Positions 12,501-22,600 of a DNA stretch of 64,000 nt are shown one piece after another. A program made the position numbers and the translations under genes. The notes under the pieces were generated by a model that saw only the letters and a program-made list of their open reading frames with translations, was not told the origin of the DNA and did not search any database. The stretch spans positions 1 to 64,000 of the forward strand of contig JBHGNT010000131.1 in NCBI GenBank assembly GCA_043228905.1. The letters are read 5' to 3'. Each line of letters starts with the position of its first letter. Within the stretch, counting starts at the first letter, position 1. Origin of the DNA: Azolla caroliniana (lineage: Eukaryota; Plantae; Polypodiophyta).

Positions 12501-13635
12501 GTTGAAGAAGAGCCTTTACGGACTGAAGCAGGCTCCCCGGCAATGGTACCGGAAGTTCGACTCCTTCATGACCGACGAAGGGTACTGCAAAACGCAGTCC
12601 GACCACTGCGTGTTTGTGAAGAAGTTCGACGGAGGAGACTTTCTAATACTCCTCCTATACGTGGACGACATGTTGATCGTCGGACGGGACCAGGTCAAGA
12701 TACGGATGCTGAAGAAAGCGCTTCACCGAACCTTCTCAATGAAGGACCTGGGTCCGGCGAGGCAAATACTAGGGATGCATATCATCCGGGACCGGAAGAA
12801 GAAGCAGTTGTGGTTGTCACAGGAGAAGTACGTGACAAAGGTGCTTCACCGGTTCAATATGTCGGAAGCAAGACCGGTCGGATCGACCCTCCCGGCAAAC
12901 TGCAAGCTGTCCAACAAGCAAAGTCCCAAGACAAAGGCTGAAAAGGAGGATATGATGAAAGTGCCATATGCCTCAGCCGTCGGGAGCTTGATGTACGCCA
13001 TGGTGTGTACGAGACCGGACATAGGATATGCAGTCGGAGTGGTGAGCCGGTACATGAGCAACCCTGGCAAAGAGCACTGGAACGCGGTCAAGTGGATACT
13101 CCGATACCTGAAGGGCACGGCAAACGTGTGCCTCCGATTCGGCTCCGGTAAGCCCGAACTCGACGGCTTCACCGATTCGGATATGTCGGCTGATGCAGAT
13201 ACCAGCCGGTCCACATCAGGGTATGTGATGACCTATGCAGGGGGAGCCGTTTCGTGGCAGTCGAGGCTGCAGAAGACGGTTGCGTTGTCAACCACGGAGG
13301 CGGAGTACATGGCGGCTGTTGAAGCCGGCAAGGAAATAATATGGATGAAGGACTTCATTAGAGAGCTCGGTATCCGGCAGGAGGAGTACCGACTCTACTG
13401 CGATAGTCAGAGTGCCATCCACCTTGCGAAGAACACGGCCTATCACTCCCGGACGAAGCACATCCAGCGTAGATACCACTGGATCCGGGAAAGGATAGAA
13501 GACAAGGAGTTCGTGCTAACGAAGATCCACACGGACGAGAACGGGTCGGATATGCTGACCAAGGTGCTCACACCCGACAAACTGGAAGCATGCCGGAAGA
13601 GGATCGGGTTGGAGAGACATCCCATGCCGAAGTGA
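9562..13635 (+). CDS. gag-pol: Copia Gag-Pol polyprotein (gag, CCHC knuckle, protease, integrase, RT, RNase H), 1357 aa from the first ATG after the PBS
   Basis: CFHCGKTGHFRKNC; WVVDSGAS; LWHKRLCH..CTDC; HTD..DNGGEY..NGLAERMN; MDVKTAFLHG; LYGLKQ; LYVDDM; DSD..EAEY..D..DMLTK in copia order PR-IN-RT-RH. Confidence 0.97.
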   Translation: MEGGSNGQPGMMVLNAQNYADWKIKMEDLLIVRDLYEPIDRSEIPKGVLETEWRLLNRKAVATIRQYVDVSVLQHVANDTNAYEMWRKLSGLYERKNALNRTSLMRKIVNLKYRDDESIVEHVSTFMGFVNQLAAIKFPLEDAMQAIILMCTLPESWENLVVTLSTSCTEDNLSLQTVKTSILNEEARRRDKEPASDSKALLTESEWGRHRNRSPQRREKSGTRSQSRGRPTCFHCGKTGHFRKNCRHYRKDNGADDTDSKKSPERNGAYRGATDRRGPDRRGQDRKGTTALAASEEEIMLITEERELNLAGVEMTWVVDSGASFHLTPEKKYFSSYTTGEHGCVRMGNEGTCRIAGIGDVWLMTSTGCKMLLKDVRHVPEVRLNLISVGRLDDEGYTGSIRNGVMKFSKGSLIVARARKVNTLYLMNARLCPEELNVAADTAGELWHKRLCHMSEKGMKRLAEDNLIPVKHVHLEKCTDCLAGKQNRTSFHSRPPTRRSAPLELVHTDVCQVETKSHGGAQYFVTFIDDHSRKLWTAPLKTKDQVLCVFKELHARVERESGKKLKAIRADNGGEYRGQFQEYCRSKGIRLEFTVPKTPELNGLAERMNRTIMERVRSMLVHAKLPKGFWAEAMSTATYVINRSPSVPLDGDTPQKVWTGKEVSYRHLKVFGCLAYVHVAKDRRGKLDPKTRPCIFLGYGDDEFGYRVWDPVDKKIFRSRDIIFMENKTLADWESEKKMKSSKSTGEDQLYEEQSRPARDRLALEDPAEDGEETEPAEEDENDTGTGPDPEMDSDEEESEEPVTEAPERRYPLRERRAPRRFPEPEHVLLTDEGEPESFEEAKHDTHSRRWLSAMQEEMDSLHENHTYELVELPKGKRALRNKWVFKLKPGDAGNPPRYKARIVVKGFQQKKGVDFDEIFAPVVKMTSIRTVLSIAASMDLEVEQMDVKTAFLHGDLEEEIYMQQPEGFEKKGKEHLVCRLKKSLYGLKQAPRQWYRKFDSFMTDEGYCKTQSDHCVFVKKFDGGDFLILLLYVDDMLIVGRDQVKIRMLKKALHRTFSMKDLGPARQILGMHIIRDRKKKQLWLSQEKYVTKVLHRFNMSEARPVGSTLPANCKLSNKQSPKTKAEKEDMMKVPYASAVGSLMYAMVCTRPDIGYAVGVVSRYMSNPGKEHWNAVKWILRYLKGTANVCLRFGSGKPELDGFTDSDMSADADTSRSTSGYVMTYAGGAVSWQSRLQKTVALSTTEAEYMAAVEAGKEIIWMKDFIRELGIRQEEYRLYCDSQSAIHLAKNTAYHSRTKHIQRRYHWIRERIEDKEFVLTKIHTDENGSDMLTKVLTPDKLEACRKRIGLERHPMPK

Positions 13636-13645
13636 AGGGGGAGTT

Positions 13646-13976
13646 TGTTGGGATTTCGGTCCCTCCGGATGGGATGTCCGGAGATGAATGACGGCAAGCC
13701 CGGAGGCTGTTACGGAACCATATGATGAAGAGTACCCGGCATGAAGCCGGATGAAGAGTACCCTGGTTACGGAGCCGGATGCTGAAGACCCCGGTTACGG
13801 AGCCGGATGACGTATGTACCCGGAGAGAGATCCGGATGCGGAGACATATTTGTGAATATGTTTGCCAAGGGCCCTTGAGGCTATACTTGTAAATAGCCCG
13901 AAAGTCATATATGTATAAATATGACTTAGGGCAAATAGTTTCGTTGTTGCTTAATTTTCATGCAAAGTGAGAGCAG

Positions 13977-14023
<47 letters not shown>

Positions 14024-14285
14024 GAAGAGGTCGTTGCCTCTGTGTATTGCCGCCGCCTGTGGCGAAGACAGTGAGCTCAAGGTTGTTGCCTTGTAGCTTC
14101 ACCAGTGTACATCCCTGTTCATAGTGATAGTTGGAGTTTGAGGACTCCCGTGGTTTTTCCCATTTAGGGTTTTCCACGTAAAACATCCAGTGTACCTTTC
14201 TCTCTATTGTTTTGTGCATTTTGTATTTCCTGTTTTCTGTGAGTTGATCCCATTCCTCGGTTGTGGCCGAGCATTGTTTTCAACA
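13646..14285 (+). repeat. 3' LTR of intact copia (640 bp)
   Basis: Matches the 5' LTR by eye except (GA)22 vs (GA)17. Confidence 0.97.
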
Positions 14286-16070
14286 ATAACACCATTTAAT
14301 TCACAAAATATTCTAAATTCAATGCTTGTGAACTCACCCATATTGTGAATCTGTAGACATTTTTATTATCACAGGTTTGCTTATTAGCTTAGTTGGTTTG
14401 AAGATCGTGTGAAACGCCAAGGTTACATATTACATACATGGATAGACCATTCATGATCAATATTTCGTGAATTAATGTGTTGCATATTATTGGATGCCTA
14501 AAAAACTATCAATAGAATATTTTGGACATAGAACAAGATGCAAGAGATCTAGGTTAGGAAGTTCCGCAATTAAACGACATGTATTTGCTTGAAACCATAT
14601 GATGGAAGTTTATTGCATCTATGTATAATTTTCAATTGTGTGATACTCAAAGTTTTGAAAATACAAAAAAAACTAATATCTTGTAATAAGAACGAGATCA
14701 TATTTGAAATCATAGGGTAGGATGTTTTGCTAGTTCGACAACACATATAAATTAGAATTGTGGACATGAATAAATTAGAATCATCTTCCTTGCACAAAAA
14801 TGTGTGTTCACACACTCGACTACTTCATGTGAAGTGGTTAAGTGATAACACACTTAACAATTTATCTGACACCGTAGAATTATAAAATTCAATTCATACC
14901 CTCGTTCCTTTTGGAATTAACCGACACATACCTATAATAAGATAAGGGAAAACTACAAAAAAACCTATCTAAAGATCAATTATGGTTATGCTTGGAACAT
15001 TCTCTTGTGATTTCTATTTGAGGGAGGTGAGTTGTGTGTTTAGAAGGTTAAGAACTTAAGACAATTTGGTATATCAATAAATGCATTTAAGGATTGTGAA
15101 AGGTTCACAAACTCGTGGGAATCATAGACAAAGTCTTAGAGTTTAGAAATACACATAGAAATACCTTTTGTCTAGGGTTAAATACACAAGGTTTGTCAAT
15201 GCTAGTTGGCATCAACTCATGCTCTATCTTGAGCAAATGTGACTTTGTGTCATGCAATATGCAACATACATTTATATATCCCTTAGATAGTTTATGTTGT
15301 GTATAACTCATCACGATGAATGCTACCATCAATCGAGGCTCATACGTAAAATCATATATCAATGTCAAATGACTATATCCAATCAATATATGCTTGGAGA
15401 AAACTCTATAATAGGACATTATTTTTCCAAAGCTCAAAGCATATCATCATTAATTTGATTGTTTGGTCGATTGGTCCATTACACCAAGGTTGGTCTATGG
15501 AGTGCATGCTCAAGGTAGTTTCTAGTTTCGTAATAGACTTTATCCAAAACATCACTAATAAATTGAAAATCTTTGCCGCTCTTTATATTTATTGGTAACC
15601 CGAGAATGGTGATATTTGGTCACATAATCATTAATATCAAGATGCACCTCAACTAGAAAAAAAGAGAGTAAAAATGATAACAAGTGTATGATGTGTTTTA
15701 GGATGCCTTAGTGAGGGTACACTGCATTCAAGAAAAATAAATCTCATTTTAAATTCAAACAAATTTGGAAAACAAACCTTTCGAATATGGTTGAGTAGAC
15801 CATTAGCAATGTAGAATGTTCATAGTGAGGCTGCAAGTGTCTCATAATAAGCATGACAATAACTGATCTTGCAATAGGTTTTCCATAGTTCACCAAATCT
15901 TATGATCAAGTATCATTATGCGACCAATAGGAAGGCCAGAACTTTCAAGGAAATCAATTATTCGAGTGTCGATCCCTTCAGAGATGACAAGATCACAAAG
16001 GCATGCATAGCGAGCGGGAAGGCGTGAGAGGTAGGTTTCATGTGAGAGAGCATATATGTGCAATAACAAC

Positions 16071-16368
16071 TAGGAATCAACAACGATTTGGTTTTGGCTT
16101 TATCGTATTGGCCTTGTCCAAACCAAATTGGGCAAGGCTTAACCAATTTGGGAGTTTCCAAACTTAAACCGAACCAGTTTCTAAACTGGTTAAGGCTAAC
16201 TAGTTTAGCCAAGCCAATTAAGCCTTAACTGGTTTGGTTTGGCTCGAGCCCTCTCAAACCGAGCTCAAACTGGTTAAGGAAGCTCAAGCCTAAATCGAAC
16301 TGCCAAACCGTTTAAAAATGGTTTTAACGGTTCGGTTCAGGCTTGAGCCGAGCCATTGCCGATTCTTA
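16071..16368. mobile_element. hAT-type MITE (~298 bp) just upstream of the BRCT-BAH gene
   Basis: TIRs TAGGAATCAACAA / TTGCCGATTCTTA; 8-bp TSD ATAACAAC/GTAACAAC (1 mismatch); many AAACCG/GGTTT subterminal repeats. Confidence 0.8.
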
Positions 16369-16646
16369 GTAACAACCGTGGCCTCATTGTCGGGGAGGGA
16401 CCCTTCTGGACAAAGTTTGCCATCGGGGGACGGCTTATCGGTTTTGATCTTGAGCGTATTTCTCTTTATTCCAGAAATGCCCCTCCCAGGTTTTGGTTTA
16501 TTTCCATCGAAATGCCCCTTCTCGCTTCTCTTTAGTATTCGTGCATTTTATTCATGTAGCAGTATCTCAGAAATTGTTGTTATTCCTTCGCCCTCTCTTT
16601 CCCGCGCTCTCTAGGAGACTACGCGGAAGCCGTCGCGATCCAGGCT

Positions 16647-19600
16647 ATGGCGCCTCCACGAGGCCCCGTGTTTTCGCAGGTGCTCTCCTCTTGTTCTTGT
16701 TCTCGTTGTTCTTAATTTTTCTTTCCTGATCATGGTGATGGCAATTGCGATGGTGATGGTAATGGTATACCGATAATGCTGGACTTTGTTGGCATAGAAA
16801 ATATGTCGTTCGTTGTTGTTGCCTCTGTTCTGATGGTGTAACAAAAGAATGGATGCTGTTAAAACTTTAAAGCATGTGAAAAATCTTCAAGAAAACGGTT
16901 GAAGTCGGAAAAAATAAATACCTTCGTTAAGGCAAAATGTATGATGAAAGACTGTTAAGCATAAGAATTTTTTTCAAGAATGAGGTGAAATCGGAGAGAG
17001 GAACGACCTCATAATGGCAAAGCCTGTAATGAAAAAGGCAGTGAAACATAAGAAATATCTTTTAAGGAATACTTGCTGATTCCAATTGGAATCTGGGAAA
17101 GCTATGTATTCTTCATACAGTAAAAACAGAACACTATGATAAAGACTGCATTTATGTATTACATGCTTTTTTTGAAGAAAGAGTTGAAATTGAAAAAAAG
17201 AAAAGTCTTTGTTTGGTAAAACTTGTGATAAGAGACCGTTGAACACAAGAAAATCCTTGGTTAATCCAGATGAAATCTGGAGAATGATCATCCTCTTCAT
17301 AAGGTAAACAAACATGCCAGGATAACGAGGGTATGTTGTTAGCATAGAATGTTTCCTCAAGAAAATACTCAGTAGGATTGTCTTCAAAGGGAAAACACAA
17401 TGTTGTGATAAAGGTGGTAAGATGTTTCATGAATATTTCGTCAAGAAAGAGCTGGATCTTCGTTCGGAAAAGAGTTAAGACGTTTTAATGGAAACGTTGC
17501 ATTTTGTTATTGTAGAAAGGCATGGTTAATCCAGTTGAAATCTTGACAAGGAATATGTTGGTGTTACATAAAGCAAAGTGATGTTATAACAAAGACCAGA
17601 TGCACCTCCCATATGAAAATTTTTCAATTAAATTTTCATTAATCCATTTGAAATCATCATAAGCATTCCTCTCAGCCCTTTGAAAGGTTGAACATATCTT
17701 GATCATTAACCATAATCATATATATAGCATCAAATTGGAATGTGTATCCAAGTAGCAAGTCCTATTAATGTGTCATTTTGAAAGGTTGAACATATCGAGA
17801 TCATTAACTATAACCATATCTAGCATCTAAATTGGAATATGTATCCGATTGACAATTGCCACCAACTTAACGACAAGCGATGTAAATTTTGCATTCTTTT
17901 TTTCATGTTTAGGTATTGAAATGAGGATGATTCTTGACCCATCACAAATGTTGCAACCAAAAACATCATGAAACATGCCTCCACTTGAAGTCCTATCAAG
18001 AATGAGTCTAGTACGATTAAATATGATATGATGAAAATCATTGCTAAAAAATCGACAGTCAATTTGTTTTCCTGTTAAAAAAATTTCGTTAAAGAATATG
18101 CATATTTCTTGTTTAATTCTAAATGTTTTTACTCTTATCTTGTTTAATTTAACAATCTATATCTTGTTTGCTTTCTTTAGGGTCAGACCTGGCTTCCACA
18201 ATGGCTTTCTTTCTCTCCTCTCCATCCATGCGACACTCCTTCAATGTTTGCTTCATATGGAAAGGTATTCAAATTAACTATAGATTTTTTTTTTTTGTTT
18301 TTAGTTGTTCTGGTTAGTAAGCGTGCTTTATTTATTGTGCACATCAGAACGAAATGCAAGTATATGATTTGATCCAAATGGGTATTATGTGTATCAAGGA
18401 ATTCCTATTGAAAAGCATGTCACAACATAAATTAGCACACATAAAAGTAATTAAGATAAAAAAGAGACTAAAGAATCTTGTTATCAGCACACGTAAGATT
18501 CTCATGTCAGATATATTGTGACTTTTGACTTCGAAAGATCTCTAGCATAGGTTGATCCAAATGGAGAGGTCTTCGATGCGAGGGAAGCACCTACGATGGT
18601 GGGATATAATGGCCTTATTTTTCGATGACAAGGGTGGTCAGATCGTGGTCTATGGGGCTGGGGCCTACACGCATGGTGAATTGCTATTGCCTGATCTATT
18701 GTAACCCCGCTGTTATGTCATGGTTGGGAGCGCATTTGTGTAGTCCTTGATTGACTTGTAGCATTAGTAGGAGTGATGGGGCGAAAGAAAGAAGTGATTG
18801 TTTTTTGTGGATGAGCTTGTGTGGTTGTACTGTTGTCCTTCGACAACTTTTTCCCGTGTCTCTTGAGTTCTAGCAAGAAAAGTTCTAGGTATTGACAACT
18901 GTTGATCCTTGTATTCCATTGCCTTGTGTAGTAGGCAAAAGCCTTGTTTAAAGAGGCAATGGTATCTCCCTCTTATTTCATAAATGACACTACAATGAAT
19001 TGGCAAATTCTTTCTTCTATAGGTATTTGTGCATATCTGTCTACCTCAATCTCTAACTGATGTGATGAAGTACGCAGCTGCCCTATCACACAACACATTG
19101 TGCAGGATAGGTGTATGTCCTTATAAGCTGGCCCGATGATGAATCCATTCGCCAATGTGTGTAAAAAGTGTCTTGTAGTGGGCCATCTTCGTACCAAGTG
19201 ATATTTTGGGGCTGATTCATGTTATCTTGTTTTCGAAGTTAATAATATAATTTCGAATCACTCTATTTTTTTCCACTTTGGTCATGTTTAGATGGGGATA
19301 GTCTAAGCTATATTGGAACGGGGGTAGTGCGTTTATGCTTATGCCATGTGACTCGAACCATTGCTGCATTTCCGCATACCAACCATGAATGTTTTTATGT
19401 TCAGTCAGTTTTCTTGATAACATAAGTGCCAACCTTGAGTACCTTCTTTTAGGAAGCTCCCAAAGACGTTGGATATAGGTAAAAGAATGTATAGGTCTGT
19501 ATGGTACATTGGATAAAAGAATAGAAAGAAGCTCAGAAACGGATTCTGACTTAAGCCATACTATGGCAAACTGCAGGCTAATCCGATTGTCCAGGAAGAG

Positions 19601-22600
19601 GCAGTACGAGGGAAGCATGATGAAACAAAAATGGATATATGAATATAATGATCACAGTTTAAATATGGCAAGACCAAATAAATCTTGAGAAAGAAAATAT
19701 GATCAATGAATTGCCCTCACTTATTGATGATATAATTGTGTGTTTTAACATTCAAACCTGAAAATCTCTTATGCTTAGATACATGGGTATGTCAATATGT
19801 TAATTAGAATTAAAATATATAGTGTTAAATTGTTGCTGGTATGTAGGATTCTGAGATATCAAGCTTCAATGGTGCTGCAAATGCAGTGTTACCGTCTGGC
19901 TTTAAAGACATTGCTAACCAGTCATTTCCCTGCTTAAATCTTTCTGATGATGGATCAACTGATCCAGAGTGCAACACAGGCATAGAGGTAATGCTCGTTT
20001 TCTTTGTTTGCTGCTTGGTTGGGTTTCCCATATTATTGTCATTGTTAAAGTTAGTATTTTTCCATTTGGATGTTTCTCCTCCTCAATAACAGTCCTAGGT
20101 GCAACCATTCTATGTGTGCTAGAGCTCCTTCCAAATCTAAATGCTAGTTCTTATCTCCTTTTTGTGTCATTACATGATTGAGCTTATTATACTCTCCGAT
20201 GGTGGTTGATCAAACCCATTGAAGACGATCATCAACGATCATGATACTACACTTACTGAGCTTTAAGTGTAATACAAGCCAATGCGGAGTACAAAATATG
20301 TAGATTCTACACAAGTCTAAAATGCATCAGTTACTATCTTTGGTTCATTTGCGAAGTGGAAATTTACAGATGGTCCTAAAGTGTCTTTTTCTCTATTGTT
20401 TGCCATATTACTATTTCCTGGATGCACTGGTTAAGAAAGATCTTTGTTCCTGATTGTTGTTTATCAAGCAGCACAACTTGTTTCCCTCTTCCACTTGCAA
20501 AAAGTTGGGATAGCCATTCCTGCTCCTAGGGCACTATTGAACAAATGATTGTAGGAAGTAAAGGCCCAATGCCTACTCACTTAAATCCAGAGAAGAACAA
20601 TCCGAATACGTGAGAATGTGAACTCGTAGTCAAGAAATTGAGACCTTGTACCATCAAATTTTGCAGGTAGGCTAAACTTGGGTGGTTCTTTAATAAACCC
20701 TTCATCTCTTGTCAAATGTTGTTGCAAAGCCACCAACGCCGACTCTAATTATTGTATGCATCGTGTGAACTCATCATGTTATTTTTCCACAGTCACCTTT
20801 GGAGATCCTGTTACAGGCATGACCATATAATATCCCGTGGTTAGATTGTATTGTAGTATTCTTTACACTCTCATTTAACTCTCACACTTTATCCACATGT
20901 ATAGAATACTACGATACAATCTTACCACAGGATATTATATGGTCATTCTTGTAACAGATCCGCAAGCAATCATTGATTCTCCATCTCAAGTGCCACAAAT
21001 TTGGGTTTAAAGCTTTCCAATGCAGGGACAACAATGATAAAATCTTGCTGGCTATCAACAGCCATAGCTATATAAGGCTTAGAAAGTGGCTAAGGAAAGG
21101 GGAAGTCTGGTTCAAACTGTCAGAATTGAAACAAGATAGTGATAGAAAGAGCAAGAGAAAGAGTGAGGGATGATAGAGATAGACGAGATATCAATGGATA
21201 GAGTGAGCGAGAGAGAGTAACTATGAAAGGAAATATGTATTAAGATAAAGGGAGCTTACTTGGAGGACTCGAGATTGGTGTTGAACCGAAATGGTTCGAC
21301 AAGAGTGAGGGGCCTTCATTATATAGTGGGTCATGGAGCATTCTAGGGTTTCTAGAATGTCGTGGGATGTTCTAGGAAGGTCTAGGAAGTTTTAGAATGT
21401 TCTTGGAAATTATACCAATTATGATATTATATTACTATATAATAAATATATGTATCGGATAGCTTAATAGTTAGGTCCTTGGCATATATACACATAGGTT
21501 ACAAGTTCAAACCTTGCCATCACAGAACCTTTCAAGCACTTTTTCAAAGTAGTTTCTCGGGACAGATAAAGTAGCTGATGTTGCCTATCTCTATTTATCC
21601 TCATACCCAAGATATGTTTAGTTGGGCCTAAAGCTTACATGGAAAAGGTTGTTTTTAGCTGGTCATTAAGTGAATTTAGAGTACCTTTTTATATAACAAC
21701 AATAAGCATATCATCTACATATAGCACTGAAATGATGTGGTGCCATCGACATCCCTTTTTGGGTAAAGAGAATGGTCTACATGGCTCCTTTTAATCCACT
21801 TAATACCTTAAAAGCATCAAACATTTTGTACCAGTGTCTAGGAGTTTGTTTCAGCCCATATGGACTCCTCTCGACTTTGCATATTGAATATATCAGGGAT
21901 TGCAAACCATTTGGCAGTTTTATATATAACTCTTCGTCAATGCCACCATGTATGAAAGCAGTTTTACACCCATTTGGTAAAGCTCCAACTTAAGAGCTGT
22001 AGCAAGAGCAAACAAGGTTCACAAGTGGTCATTTTGATTACAGGGGAGAATACCTCTTGAAAGTCAACTCCATTTACTTGTAAATAGTCCTTTGCAACTA
22101 GGCTTGCTTTGTATGTGGGCTTTCCATCCACACTCTTGATTTTGTAGCCACCTCTTAGGAATGGTATTCTTATGTTTGGGCAATTCGACTAACTCCCAAG
22201 TATCCTTTCAACTAAGTTCATGCAAAACTTTTATTTCTTACATTGCAAGCTCCCACTTGCTCTTTTGCCCACATAATCCAGCCTCTTTTGATGTAGGAGC
22301 CCCACCCCCATTAGTCAACATAAAGTATGACAACGAGGGCACGTATCTCAAAAAAGCCGTCCTTAATCTAGTATATCTTCTTACCCAATTATTCCAAATA
22401 TGCATGAATAGTCATATGAGGTTGATTTGCCAGACCAAACATCTTATGGATGCCAGCTTTCAATACAGTGTAAGGGGATGTATTCTATGCATGTACTGCA
22501 GTTTTCATAGTCTATTTCCAGAAGCCAGAAGGGAGATTAGCTGTAGATAACTTGCACCTCACACTTCATTGTGTCCTATCATATCTTTCAGCCTATCCCC

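Larger units (their letters stand above)
8901..14285 (+). mobile_element. Intact, recently inserted Ty1/copia LTR retrotransposon
   Basis: TG..CA LTRs 8901-9530 and 13646-14285; 5-bp TSD ATAAC (8896-8900, 14286-14290); PBS TGGTATCAGAGC (tRNAiMet) 9534-9545; PPT AAGGGGGAG ~13635-13643; one uninterrupted gag-pol ORF. Confidence 0.98.

Noticed and set aside
9550-13697. Many antisense and overlapping ORFs in the copia
   Set aside because: Expected shadow ORFs of a GC-rich coding strand, with no recognisable motifs.
8000-16070. One large hAT element spanning the TIRs at 7817 and 16368
   Set aside because: The 16071-16368 element has its own TSD, and I could not recognise transposase motifs in 8000-8900 or 14350-16070.
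16970-17830. Recurrent TTAATCCA.TGAAATC motif and small duplications in intron 1
   Set aside because: Irregular spacing and degenerate; cannot be distinguished from decayed repeats by eye.
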